64,000 bases of DNA from Lama guanicoe. Lineage: Eukaryota. Shown in pieces: positions 24,339 to 37,611 of the stretch. How positions within the stretch are numbered: the stretch's first letter is position 1; the number at the start of each line of letters is the position of its first letter. The translations under genes were made by a program, and so were the position numbers. The stretch covers positions 11,173,175-11,237,174 of the forward strand of contig MU056000.1 in NCBI GenBank assembly GCA_013239625.1, given 5' to 3'. The notes under the pieces were generated by a model. It searched no databases and was not told where the DNA came from. It saw only the letters and a list, made by a program, of their open reading frames with translations.

Positions 24339-25399
24339 GTCACTGTTGAAGATTTAAGAAGGAATGGCCCTCTTGATTTCCAACTATCGTCATAAAGACT
24401 AAGACCGCAAAAGCTTTGCAAAAACCAATGTAATGTTTGAGAAGAATAGTTACTTTTTAGGAGAAAGAATAATGCTGTTGCTTAGGGAAACTTGAGGCAC
24501 ATTATGGGAATATTGGCCATTGGTTTGTTGTTAGTTTCCTTTTGTGTTAAAGGAGCAACACCTTTTTAAAGTAGAATAGACGTATTGGCAGGAACATGGA
24601 AGAGAAGGTATTTCTAGTTTCTATGTTTTCATACGTTTTAACATTTTTAAACCAAAAGGTTGTTAAGTTGTCTAAATACGAGCTCTGTAAATAACCAGTT
24701 TCTCTCAGAAACTTTTTTACATTTTAGATCAGCAAATGAAATAAACTTAGAAATCTAGAATTCTAGGGCTATTCAGCAACCCTCCCCATAAATTTTAAGG
24801 GAAGAGGAAAATATGTTCTTTCCTGTCCACCAGTTTAATTTTATTAAATCCCTTTTTAATCTCTTTTAACCTCAATACAGTGAGTTATTTCAATTCTTTA
24901 TTCACTGACATCTCAAAATACCAAATTAGGTCATGTGGTTCTTTAACTGGTGGAATTGGAGAAGTAAGTTTCATTTTATTGGCACAAAATATGGCTGAAT
25001 TGGCCAGTATAAATGTGCTCATATTTTGGGGGGTTCATGGACTTGTTATGAAGAAAATGTTAGAAAAACCATTCCTAAAAAATAAAATAATATTGTTCTT
25101 TCCTTTCTTTTCCCCAAAGAATTATCCTGGAACCAGCCTTGACCTCAGATTCTCTTTTGCAAACTGTGTTCTGTTTCTTGGATACTAAGAAACTACAGAG
25201 TTCATGTGTTTTGTTTACCTGGATTGGAACTGATCAGGACGGAGATTGGGAAGTGAATTCATCCAATCACAGAACTTTACAGAAAGCTGAGTTCTGGTTA
25301 ATGGATGCAGTTGGTAAAAGAAGTTGGAGGTTGAATTTTTCATTTACTCCGAATGAAAAGGGAAAAAACAACAAAAAAAATTGTATGATTTTGTAACTC

Positions 25400-25540
25400 C
25401 CCATGTATGTGTGACACAAGTTACTTAGCTTTAATTTACTTCTCTGTAAACCAGGAATCATACTAGTGTCCACTTTATGTGTTAGTTATGAGGATTACAT
25501 TTAAAAATTATATACAGTGTGAGTCCCTGTGCATATTAGC
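25400..25540 (+). mobile_element. MIR fragment
   Basis: caagttacttagct, tctgtaaaccaggaatcatactagt, gttatgaggatta. Confidence 0.6.
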
Positions 25541-25849
25541 TGGTTTAGTTTCATCAGCTTGATCACAGCCCTTTATGTAAGTTCCATCTCCTGCCTTGTT
25601 CTGGGACTTTGTATGGAAAAGTCTCCCCCAATGAATTCAACATAATTCTTCTGGAAATCCCAATAAGATTCAAATTTTGAAACTTGACCAAATTGTACTT
25701 TCTTTACCTAGAAGAATAAATCCAACATCTCTAAGTACCTACCATTTGTGGACAATGAAGTCACTTCAGTTACATCTGTATAACAGTATGGATGTTGAAT
25801 TACTTATGTATGTTGAACTCATTTGTTAAATGAAATACATGTACATATG

Positions 25850-26714
25850 AGGATATCCCGGAAAAAATTGGAAACGTGTAATGAAAGTAACATTTCCTTC
25901 AAGTCATGAAAATATATTATACATTTGCAAATATTTAAGAAGTGTGGTATGGTAGAGCCTGGTGTAATGGAACAGAGAGCTCAAGGGAGATTTAGTTCTA
26001 TATGGCAATTTAGGGTCTGATAAAAATGGCATTGGAAATGGATAAGGACGCTAAGCCTTGTCAATATCTCCTAACAGAAATATCAACTTCTCATTTTTTA
26101 AAAAAAGAACATGGAGGACCTCACGTGTTCCTGATGCCAAAATATGCTTTTGATGGATGAAAGAGTTAAATGTTCAAATTATATATAGATAAATTGTTTT
26201 ATGATCTTGAGGTAGAAGAACCTTTCCAATCATAGAAACAGAAGTTGTCATGAAGCTGAAGACTACCAGTGGGTGCCTGGGGTACTGCCTGCTGTATAGG
26301 GTAGAGAAATATCTTTATATTGTTAAAAATATCTCTCTTCCAGTTCAACACAGGTTTCTTTTTCTTGCTCGACTTCTCAGTCCTTTTGATGTATTAGTCT
26401 TTGTTGTTAATCTTCACGTAGTATATTTTATTTCTCAAATGCCTTTTATCATACCTTGCAATCAGAAGTGCCAATGTATGTGAATCAAGAGCCTTAAAAT
26501 ATGTTTCCATGCTTTGACCTAGGAATTTCACACTAGGAAGTCTCCTTACAAATCTAAGTTTTATTTGTAGATATATGCTTTTAACTTTTATAATATAAAA
26601 ATGTTGGTGAAATGTTTTATTGAGACATCTGTACGTCAACTTCCTGTTTAGCTCTTGAAAACATGTTAGCAAACAACATTTAATGTTGTGGGAAAATATT
26701 TATGAAAAATCAAG
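25850..26714 (+). mobile_element. Highly decayed L1ME-like fragments
   Basis: Patches resembling L1 ORF2 (gtgtggtatggt, gatggatgaaagagttaaatg, tttatgatcttgaggtag, tttgacctaggaatttcacactaggaa). Confidence 0.5.
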
Positions 26715-26733
26715 ATTATGAAGTAGCATTTCT

Positions 26734-27025
26734 ATTTGTAAAAATAGTTCTTATCTTTAATTGAAGTGTAGTCGATTTACAGTGTTAGTTTCAGGTGTAC
26801 AGCGAAGAGATTCAGTTATACATACATACATATATATTTTTTCAGTTTGTTTTCTATTATGGCTCATTGCAAGAAATTGAATATAGTTCCCTGTGCTATA
26901 TGGTGGGTCTTTGTTGTTTTTCTGTTTTACGTATAGTAATGTGAATCTTTTAATCCCAAACTCCTAGTCTATTCCTCCCTCCCTCTTTTCCGAAACTACA
27001 GTTTGTTTTCTATGTCTGTGAATCT
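26734..27025 (-). mobile_element. Short L1 3' UTR insertion
   Basis: aattgaagtgtagtcgatttacagtgttagtttcaggtgtacagc; TSD attatgaagtagcatttct (26715-26733) and attatgaaggagcatttct (27026-27044). Confidence 0.9.
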
Positions 27026-27971
27026 ATTATGAAGGAGCATTTCTTATGTGACCCCAGTTGTGCATAGGATTATATTTTAAGGGGAAAAAGACCGAGGGGA
27101 TATATTTCAAGCTGATATCAACGGTTATTACTGGGTCTTGGAATTGCAGATCACGTGCTACATCATTTTATGTGAGGAACTTGAGAATCCATAATTTTTG
27201 CTACATGTGCAGGCTCCTGGAACCCATCTCCTACAAATACCAAGACATGACTGTAGTTTTCTTTTTTGTATTTTCCAGTGTTGTCCAACTTTCCATGTTA
27301 AAGAGGCAATTTATAAAAAATTCACTGCTGCTTTTTTTAAGGGTGAAAATGACTCTTTGACCAGTTTATTTTGGAATTTTGTTGAATGTGACATGACTAA
27401 AAATTCAGTTCTTTCATTTTTTTTTCACTGTTGGTTAAGATTTTTGGTAAAGCGTGGTTGTTAAGGGTCAAGCTTGCTATTTTTCATCCTTGATACTCAA
27501 ATATGCGTTCAGCACCCGTCTATGCAGCCATCATTTACTTTCACTTTTTAAATAGTCAGTTTTAAAACTTTTTTATTCTTAAAATTTTTTTCCCATTAAT
27601 TGAACACAATTCTAACACAATTTGTCTTCTTTATGTATTTTTACAATCTAAGGTTCCAATACATTACATATATTCTACTTTATTCTGTATTCATTTACAT
27701 CGAATATTTACTGAATGCCAAGTATTATGCATGCAGAATTCCTTGATGAGCCAAATACACCTGACCTTCTGGAACTTTTCATCTTGTAGGGACACAGATA
27801 TTATATAATCTTAGACATAAATTACATGCTGAGGATGTATTCTTCAGTACATGCCTGGAAGTAAAACTGTGAGTCCAGGTCTGAGTGATGAACAGGATAA
27901 AGCAAGGTAAAAATTTGTGTGAACACGGTTATGTGGGGGGTTGTGATGGCAGGGGAACGTTGTGTTCTGCT

Positions 27972-28947
27972 TGTCAGTTATTATGTAGCAGTTTACCCTC
28001 AAACTAAATGCATTAATTTCCTGTTGCTACGGTAACAACTCACTACTAATTTAGTAGTTTAAGACAACACAAACTTATTATCTTATAGTCCTGGGGGGTC
28101 TCAAAGCCCCATGTTGAGTTTCAGAGGACTGAAGTCAAGATGTTAGCAGGACCATGTTTCTTCCCAAGGCTCTAGGGGAGAATCCATTCCTTGCTTTTCC
28201 CAGCTTGGTTCATGGTCTCTTCCTTCATCTTCAAAACCAGCAGCATCTTCTGATCTCTCTGTGTGTCTCTCTCTGACTCTGATCCTTCTGCTTCCCTCTT
28301 ATAAGGACCTTTGTGATGACTTTTTGCCCACCTGGATAATCCAGGATTATATCCCCACCTCTCAATCTTCATCACATCAGCAAAGTCCCTTTTACCATAG
28401 AAAGTAGCTTGATGTTCAAGGTTCTGGGGATTAGGATGTGGACATCTTTGGGAAAGCCATTATTCTGCTTTTATATTTAGTCACTTAAAACAACAACCAT
28501 TGTGTTATATTCCACGTTTTTTTCAATCAGACATTTGGATAGGGCTTGTCTATAATTCTTTTGTTCCCTGTGACATGAACTGAGGTCACTGGTGGTATTC
28601 CGCTGGTGAATAAGCTGGTCTGGGAGGTTAACGGTATGTGCCTGAACCTTGCCTGGAGTGCCTAGACTGTCAGTTGGAGAGCCTACAGGTGACCTCTCTA
28701 GCAGGATGGTTTCAGGCTAACCAGACTTCTTATATGGTTGCTCAGGGTTCCAGAAAGAATCTTTCAAGAGACAGAAAGTGGAAGCTTCCAGTTTCTTTAA
28801 TTCTGGGTTCAGATATTGGCACAGCATTGCTTCTACCATATTCTATTAGTCACAGTGATCCCAGAGCCACCTGGATTTCAGGGTAAGGGCACTGACTCTA
28901 CCACTCCATGGGATGAATGTTGATGTGTTTGCAGCCAGTTTTAATCT
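27972..28947 (-). mobile_element. MaLR LTR (MLT1H-like), split by a nested LTR
   Basis: Starts ttaccctcaaact, resumes tagtcacttaaaacaacaacca after the insert, and ends gtttgcagccagttttaatct. Confidence 0.75.
28009..28475 (-). mobile_element. MaLR LTR (MLT1D-like), nested
   Basis: tgcattaatttcctgttgct, ggctctaggggagaatccattccttg, ggttctggggattaggatgtggacatcttt. Confidence 0.85.
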
Positions 28948-29493
28948 GTAGGGTGGACAGGTGGTGCTGCATGATTCCACGATGAGGGTCTAACCTGTGG
29001 GAAGGTCTTGGACCTAGAGGAAGCTTAGAGCTTTTCTGAGCAATGACCTACTTGTATTTGCAAGATGATGGCAGAAGGGAGAAATGATGACACTGGATAA
29101 GCAGGCATGGCCAGTTCTTGTAGGATCTTCTAGGCCATGTGCAGAATAAGGATTTATTCTAAGAGCAAGGAGGAGCCCTTGAGGACTGTGAACAGAGACA
29201 GACCTGCTCTGGCAGCTGTGTGATCCTGGGAGTGGGCAGTAAGGGAAGCCTATTAGATGTCAGTTGTGGGGCAGATAAGACATAGCAGTGCTTGGGGCTA
29301 GTATGGTTCTGACTCATTTTCAGTCACACTTTTTCCTTTATGATAGAGAAGTGATAAAGTGTAGTCAGTGATAAGTCTGAACTACTTGCCTGTATCAAGG
29401 TAAATACAGAAATTAGGAGTTATTAGGATCTTTTCTAACAACTTAACATACTGTGACATCCAGAGGGATGAGCCTGGGCTTGTATTTTCTGTC

Positions 29494-29580
29494 TTTTTTT
29501 TTTTTTTTTTGGTAAAATTTTATTCTTTTCTTTTTTTTTTTTTTTTTGGTAACATTTTATGTTTTTCTTTGTTTTTGTTC
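29494..29580. repeat. Tandem duplication of a poly-T-containing unit
   Basis: T-run+ggtaaaattttattcttttc followed by T-run+ggtaacattttatgtttttc. Confidence 0.75.
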
Positions 29581-31049
29581 TATTTTACAAAGTATTACGA
29601 AGAATTGGAAATTGGAAAAAATACTGATCCTTTCCAACTCCTATATTGAAAAGCATCTTTTCTAGAACACGATCTCTTACATTAGCACGTTTATTTTTCC
29701 TTTGTGTCACCCTTGGACTTTTTTTTTTTTTTTTAATGAAAAAACAACACCTGGAACTGCAGGGCTGAATTTCGTAGACTGAGCCGGAGGTCGAAGTCAT
29801 TCTCATTTGCTCATTTAATATGTGACAGCTGAGGACCTGGATATAGCAATATTTTAACAGTCTGTTAAAATCCCTGATGTGGCTGCTCGTTCATAAAATC
29901 TTGTCACTATTTATTTGTCAACTCTTTAGTATTTGCATTTTAGGATTAAGTGTGTGCTGGTTGCATTAATCATGCAAGACTTTTTGCTCGTGGTGACAGG
30001 GGCCAATTTATGGTTGGCAAATATTAGAAAGAAACAGATTGAAACAGGGAATCATTTAAAAATTAATATGTAGGCTATAAATGTTTTCTTTTAACTCAAA
30101 ACATATTCATTCATTTTCCAGTCTTTTGAAGTTAGGTTAAAACCTTCTCTTTGAATATGTGGTTTCTGATTAGTGTTCTGCAGTGTTTTTTCTTGCATGG
30201 ATCAGATAGCATCACATCCTTTACGATTGCCAGTTTTGATGTCTTTAAATTTGGTAGGATGAAATATACTTTTATTTTTTCAAAAGTAACAGATGCAACA
30301 GAAAAATTGGGGAGAATACAATTTAAAAATGATATGTTGTATAATTAATCAGAAATCCACATATTTGAAATTAGAAATGGTGCATTTTCCTTATGATAAA
30401 AGGAGAAAGAAGCAGAAATAGCTTGTTTTTATAGGTATTGAATGCATAAATGACACAGCCTTGTATCTTGGCAGACAGAAAAGATAGGTTGTCATGGGTC
30501 ACTCAGCTCCTCAAATGCTTTATTCTTACTCTGCTAATAAAAAGAATCTGATAAATTTAGACACTCTGCTGATAGTTTTATCCCTTAGAAGTTAGAAAAA
30601 GTAATGATGGGGAAGATTATAAAATTAAAAAAAAAATAAAAAATGAAATTCTGATCATATAATTGAGACCATTTCCAACAAACAGAAACTGGGGCCAGTG
30701 TGAATGGATCTCTTATGAGCTCAGATCTTAAAGCCCATATAAAAGGGATAAAGATGGGTACAGAATCAAGAGAAAAGTAGTATCAAAGCTTAGGAATGGT
30801 GTCAGTGGGAGGGGCATCACAAATGAGCTGAAACAGACAGGAATGAAAAAGAAAACTACCCAAAGGCATGTTGTTTGAAGTTATGAAGGTGAAGTGGGAA
30901 ACACGTCAAAGAAGGCATAAAGCAATCACAGAAGATAGCATCATTTAACAGGTGACAGGGAAAGCACAGCCATACAGATGCTGGTCTTTAATTCTTTCAA
31001 AAGCAAGGAGAGTGTCTTCATAAATGCTAAAAGGCATAAGTGATAAGCA

Positions 31050-31880
31050 ACAGCTAATATTTCTGCAGTGCTTTCTCTGTGTCAGTCACAGTTCTAAATG
31101 CTGTACATATATTAACTCATTTAACCCTTGAATTGATGAGGCAGGTGCTATTATTGTTACCAAAGCAAACTTGGATCTGCTTGCCCAGTGCACAGTAAAG
31201 TCAATCTGCTGACACCAGGTTGTGGTGAAGGAAAGTACAGCACTTATCTCAGGGTGCCGAGCAAGAATAGGCAGCTCATGCTCAAAAGACCTGAACTCTC
31301 CAATGGCTTTTAGGGAAGGGTTTTTAAAAGTAAGGTAAGGGAGAGGGTGTCACATTGCCTGATCAGTTCATGGACATTCTTTTGACAGGTTGGTGGTGAG
31401 GTAACTGAGTGTTATTTCTGGAGTCAACATCATCAACTTTCTGGTTCCAACCAGTTTGGAGATCTGTGTGCATGTGGTCAGCAGTTAACTTCTCCCACCT
31501 GATGGGGGTTTAATATCTGCAAAACGACTCAAGGATATGGCTCAGGATATTGTCTACAGACCTTGAGGAGGAACTAAAGGTCCTTGACTTTGTTTTATGG
31601 CTAAACTATGATTATTCTGTCTTGCTTGACTGTTTTCCTTTGTTTCTGCATTTTCTTACTTCTCTGATTAAAGTTGCTCTTTGGAACTCAGGGAAAGCCT
31701 AGGAGCTTTTCTACAAACAAGAGGCTGGGACATGACATGGGGGAGGGTGTCTGTACCCGGGGAGGTCCCACAGGGTCCTGCTTTGTTCATTATTATAATC
31801 ACTGTAGAAGTGAGAGGGTTCAGGGTATTGCCTCTACTCAGTGCCTTGAACTAAGGCATCTTTCTCTGGACTTCATTCTT
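31050..31880 (-). mobile_element. MIR interrupted by an ERV1 LTR
   Basis: acatatattaactcatttaacc...atgaggcaggtgctattat on the left; ttataatc...gaagtgagagggttcagg on the right. Confidence 0.55.
31155..31789 (-). mobile_element. ERV1-class solo LTR (MER41-like, laurasiatherian type), 635 bp
   Basis: TG...CA termini (tgttacc...tgttca), 4-bp TSD ttat (31151-31154, 31790-31793), motifs ggttggtggtgaggtaa and ccttgaggaggaactaaaggtccttgactttg. Confidence 0.85.
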
Positions 31881-32447
31881 TGTAGTAGAGCTCTGTGAGT
31901 TAAACTTGTGGCCCACAAATGTGATGACATCTTTTAAAAAGAATCTTTAAAATGAGTTCAAATCAACAAGTCTGAACAAGTCACAGCACAAGGGACTGAA
32001 AGAACTGGAGACAGAACGAATGATCTGATTTTGGAAATTGAGGAAAGCGTCAAGTCCTGAAACCACAGCCTGCTGAGTCGGCTTTATTTATTCAGCAAAC
32101 CCAGTTCATTACCTACAATGGGACAGATCCTGCGCAGCATGTTAAGGATGAGAAGACGCGGTAAATGAAATGCTTGCCTTCCAGATGCACCATCTAGGAT
32201 GAAAACAAACAAATTAAGGAGACCTCTAGTTCTTTTTAATGTGTTACTTTGAAAACTCAGTGGACCCAGAGGAAGGAGCTGCCGTGCCTGCTAATCTTCA
32301 GAGGCTTCACAGAGGACCTGATATTTGATGCAAGCTTTGCATGATGAGGAGGAGGCCCCCAGAGGGAATTGGAAGGCAGAGTCATGCCCACTTGTGAAGA
32401 AGGCTAAGTGTGAAAGTGCCCGGGAGCTTGTGAACACTGGTCATCTA

Positions 32448-32605
32448 GCCCTGGACCACTCAACGTGGGACCCAGGACCAGCTGCGTGGCATCCCTGAAA
32501 GCCTGTCAGAGATGCAGAATCTCAGGCTTCTCCACATCTGCCAGATCTGCAGTTTAACAGGTTCTCTGGGGGACTGGTGTGCACATTAAAGTTTGCGAAA
32601 GTGCT
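32448..32605 (+). mobile_element. MER5A-like hAT-Charlie DNA element
   Basis: agagatgcagaatctcaggc, tctgcagtttaacagg, gcacattaaagtttgcgaaagtgctg. Confidence 0.8.
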
Positions 32606-33214
32606 GCTGTATTCTGAGTGTGGAATTCCAGCACTGAGTGCGCGCAGTAGATGGTGCTGGTGGTGGATGGGGGCGGGGCAGTGTGTCTCACCAGGCAGGC
32701 TGACTTCAGACTGTATCTCAAGGGCGATGATGACCTGTGGCAAAACCTGAGCACAGCTCAGCAAGCAGTTTGCACACTTGATCCTTGCCAGTCATCGGCC
32801 TACAGATCGACCTGTTTATAGTTTCCAGAAACAGTGTTTCAGCTGGGTTTGTAGAAAGTAATATTCCAAAATTTGTGGCACTAGAAAATAGATTTAGGAT
32901 AAAAACCATCCTCCGGCACTCTCCCTCTTATGCTCTGAACCTTAAAATACAGTCAGGGCTATAGAAGTCAAAGTTTGGGTCCCTACCCAGGCCGGTTTCC
33001 TTGGCAGAATTAGAAAATGATCCTTCAGTGGGGGATGCTATTTTGTGTTTTGATCATTAAGGACCTCTCATGTTTTGAGAAGCAAATGGATGAATAATTA
33101 TTGAGGAAGGCTTATATTTTTGTTGTTGTTGTTGTTTATCTCTGGCCCTGGGATTTAGTCTTAAATTTCCAAATTGCAAAATCCATCAGGCTCTTCACAT
33201 CCAGAAATATCTCT

Positions 33215-33432
33215 AGGATTGAGCTGATGGTTCGAACTCAGGCAGGCCTGGCTTGCGAATCGGGCTCCATGATTTATTGGACCTACAGAGCTCAGCCTCT
33301 CAGTCCAAAAAAGGAAGGTAAAAATGTTTCTCTCTCAAGTTATTGCACGCATCGGAGTACAGTCTATGTAAAGACTGCTAAATCGCTGTCTGGCATAGGA
33401 AAATGCTTAATGAACAGTGGTCATTATTCTTA
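33215..33432 (+). mobile_element. MIR fragment
   Basis: caggcaggcctggcttgcgaatcgggctcca, tctggcataggaaaatgcttaatgaa. Confidence 0.55.
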
Positions 33433-33764
33433 ACAATTTACAGAGTCGTGTCTGTTGAAGTAGACCAGGGCAGTGAATAGGAGCAGTCAAGAGCCAGGAG
33501 TGGAGGGGAGACAGTGTGCTGCTATGGTGGTGAATTTTGCTGTTTTTGCTGCCTCTGCCTGGCCCGGTCCTGCTGCTGCCTCTGCTGTGCTGAGGGTCAT
33601 AGAAACACCTTGCCCCTGACAGGGGCCAGGGGCCCTTATCCTAGGATATTTACAAAAAGGCTGGTTTCCTTGGATGGCCTTTTATAGCATCATAAGGAAC
33701 TTTGGTGCCTGCCTTAGTGTTTGCCTGAAGTTCGGGATTTGGCATCCGATTGGTGTTCTATTAG

Positions 33765-34197
33765 TGTAGATAGTTTCCCGTGGCTGCCAAAACAAAGTAC
33801 CAAGAACTGAATGGCTTAACACAATGCAAGCGTATCGTCTCACAGTTCAGGAGGCCAGACGTCAGAAATCAAGGTATTGGCGGGGCCCAGTCCCTCTGAA
33901 ACCTGTCGAGGGGAATCCTTCCTTGAAGTCTTGGGGCTTCCTTGGCCAGCCAGCAGCTGTAGCATCTCAGCCCCTGCCTCTGTCATCACGATGTGTGCTC
34001 CTTGCATGTCTGTGTCTCCCAGTCTCCTCTCCTGTTCTGTACGGATCAGGGGCCCCCTCCACTTCAGTATGACTTCATCTTAACTAATTACGTCTTCAGT
34101 GACCCCATCTCCATATAAATACCTTCCGCATTCTGAGGGTGATGGGGCCTAGGACTTCAACAGCTCTTTTGGGTGGACACCGTTTAACCCCTGACAG
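33765..34197 (-). mobile_element. MaLR solo LTR, MLT1C-like
   Basis: gtctcacagttcaggaggccagacgtcagaaatcaagg, cagtatgacttcatcttaactaattac, taggacttcaaca. Confidence 0.85.
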
Positions 34198-34796
34198 TCT
34201 TAGGGGCCCAGTCTGCTCTCCTCCCGGTCCTCAGTCTTACCACCAGGACGAGTGGGGCCTGCACCGTTGGTGGAGCAGCGCATCTCACAGGTGGAGCTGC
34301 AGCGTCTCACAGCAGCTGGCACCTGCTGAGGCCTGTGGCTTGAGCCTGGTAGCAGTACACGCCCAGAGTTCCAGCCACTTAAGGCAAGCCCCCCACAGTC
34401 TCCACACTCTCTGGGGATTATTTTACTTCTAGAAATCATAATCAGTTTCTCTGGATTCCCAGAAAATGAACCATATATTAATGTTTTAGGGACTCCTTGA
34501 ATTGAGCTAATCCCCCCAGAACCTTTCTTTGGGGCTGTGAGCTGAGGGTGGTGCACCCCCCACTCTGCAGGAAGATGCATTCAGGGGAGAAGCCCAGACA
34601 GGGCAGAGTCTTTCACACCCGGCTCCTTCTTCCAGATTCTGCAGTCAGTTCATTCCCCTTTCCTCTTCCCCTGGGTATGAGCATGGGAGGCAGTGCAGAG
34701 GGGCAGGGGGTCTGGCTGCATGGATATTCTTCGACAGGGAAACAGAAGGAGTAGGGAGTAAGTGTCTCTCCTAACAGCCATCACTGCCATTTTAGT

Positions 34797-35284
34797 TGTG
34801 ATGGTTCATTGTACACATCAACTTGGTTGGGCCACAGAGTGGCCGACATTTGGTTAAACATTATCCTGGACATGTGTGTGAGGGTATTTCTGGATGAGAT
34901 GAATGTTTGAGTTGGTGGACTCAGTTGAGTGGACTCAACTTGGGCAGGCCTGACCCAATCCATGGACTGCCTGAATAGAATCAAAGGCCGAGCATAAAGG
35001 ATTCTTTCTCTGCCTGAATGTCTTTGAGATGGGATGTCAGTCTTCTCCTGCATTTGGACGAGGACTTGAACTTGGATTTTGAGCTTATGCCACCATATCC
35101 CCTGGTTCTCAGGCCTTCAGTCTCAGACTAGAACTACACCACCAGTCCTCCTGGGCCTCCAGCTTACTAACTTCAGATTTTGGGATCTCTCAGCCTCTAG
35201 AATTGAGCCAATTCCTCATAATAAATCTGTTGATATGTATAATCTCCTATTGGTTGTATTTCTTGGAGAACTCTGACTAATGCA
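34797..35284 (+). mobile_element. ERVL solo LTR, MLT2B-like
   Basis: Starts tgtgatggtt and ends ctctgactaatgca; perfect 5-bp TSD ttagt (34792-34796, 35285-35289); internal aataaa. Confidence 0.9.
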
Positions 35285-37611
35285 TTAGTAAATATGACCT
35301 CCAGCGTATTTGGGGATCCAATGAAGCTTTGAAAAAGCATTGGCTTCTCACACATGATGTCAACAAGCTTAGCAGTTAAAATAATTGGTAGTTTATAGCT
35401 TAGAAGGGATTTTAGAGCCCTTCTACCCCAACCCTAGCCCGGTGCCCTCGTCCCACTTCTCCAGGTTACTTTCATGCTGAATGGAAAAATTAACATGAAG
35501 ATGAGTTTTTATGTTTCTCCAGTGCTTTCTGTTTGTTGCAAAAATAAAAAAGGAAAATACTCAAATCCATGTCGAAAGTGGCGGGAGGGTGTGATCCTCC
35601 AAGGGTACCACGTGCAGCCCATTTCGGTGCTGTCAGGCCCCTGAGAGTCACAGGTATCAGGGCTTGTGCACCTATTCAACTCAAAGCTAAAGAGAGACAG
35701 TCCTGCCCAGCCCTTCATTTCTGATTCAGAAGAGCTCGGGGTGGTTGACATGACCACAACTGGGGGCTGTTTAGAAGGTAAAAATTTATGATCTGTGACA
35801 CCTACTCTTCTTTATCTAAACTCAAACCCTCAAATGGTGGGGGACTAGCTAAGCCTTCCAGATGGTTCTCCATGAAAGAAAATGTGGTTTACTCTAGAGC
35901 AAACCAAGTGAGCCTTTGTGAACCTAGAACAAGACAGACTTCGACAGGATTTCGTGTAGGATGTGTGGGGTGTGTGGATGTCCTCGGAGAGATGTCAGAG
36001 CCTCCTTCTGGTCCTCATCTAACACACCCCAGTCTCCTAGTGTTTTTCTATCCCATAATGGTGGCATGCCCACCTGTTCAATTGATTTTATGATTTTACT
36101 TTAAAAGAAAAGAACAGTTGCATCTTTCTTTCATACATGAAGTGCAAAACTCTGAGTATCTTTTCTTCTTTTGATCAGAGTACCATTTTACTCATTTCAA
36201 TTCTAATTTGTTTAACAGATTTCATTTGCTTTTCCCCACTTAATGCATGAACCCTTTTATGTGTTCAACAGTTATTTGTTTAAGAGGGTCTGTGATGAAT
36301 GATGCAGCGAGCAGCCACATTTTTCACATAATAATTTTTTATGAACCATGCAAAGACAGCTCGAGTTTAATAAATCGAAATGAACTCTCTCCAGCAGCAA
36401 GGGTCCCAGTCTTCAGGCTTCCTCATGGAATGGCTTCTTTCTCTCTGTGTTTGAATTATTGATCGGGCCAACCTCATCTTGGGTCCCCTCTTGCTGCCAT
36501 ATTTTAGGAGAAAGGAACCAGCTAAGTCTAGCTAGAGATTTGCATGAATTCTGATTTTTTAAAAGCCGAGAAATTTAGCCAGGAATCACCTTGTCATCTG
36601 TATAATAATTGTATTTGTTGGTCAGAATCTCACCCTGGCTTCCTCACAGGAGAGGCCACTGTATAGGAAGGTCTTGCGTGGAGCAGCTGATCTTGGGTGG
36701 AACAACACAGGAAGACCTTATTGTCCTCCTCTTTATATTCTTTACCTCTTATATTGCATCCAGGTTGGAAAGGTGGGTGGATGCTGGGTTTAACTTCTAT
36801 GACATATTAAGTATGGAACTTTGAACTATGCTTTCTTTTCCTGAATCAAGCAAGAATTGAAGGCTGAGCTTAAAGAGTTTGAAGGAAACATTTGCTTCTC
36901 CACAGTATAAGATTGATAAAGATGAAGACTGGTGTGGTCAAGGAAGAGGAAGTAGTCCCCACACGCCCAGTTGACATGATGTGCTTCAAGTGTCTCTTGG
37001 CTGGAAACAGTGATCATCTCTGTGAGGATGGTCTGTGTCTTGGCTGTAGAGGTGGCTACTTGGGTTTGATCTGAGGCCATGTCAAGACCTAGCAAATACA
37101 AGGAATTTTGTCCAAATTAGTGCTTGGATGTGTGTCTGATCCAATGCTTTCCTCCTTTATAAAACCAAACTTAATTATTTTGAATTAGACATTATTTTGA
37201 CAATTTATACTTTCAGTCATCAAAAAGGATGGTGAGCTTGTCTGGTCACAGTAACCTGCCTGGAGTTTTCCTTTTCAAATCCATCCTCATTGAGATTTTG
37301 CTATTGATGATGATTTGGAGCAAGGGGCTAAAGAATAGTTGTATTATTGTCCTCACGTGGGAAATAATATGGCAGTGATGTTAAAATGGTAGAAAACTCC
37401 TTTCCTGCCACATCACAGAGAGAGAGATAGAGAGAGTGCAAGCACTTAATCATCACTTTTGGCTACTTGAGTAATGCTTCCTTTTTTAAGGAAACACACT
37501 CTTAATCTCAAGATGACTTCAGTTTGACATTTGCTTGGGAGACTGGATGTTAGCACATCAGAGATGTGTAAGTATCTTGATGCCTTAATGAAATATGGTA
37601 GGGTTTTTTTT

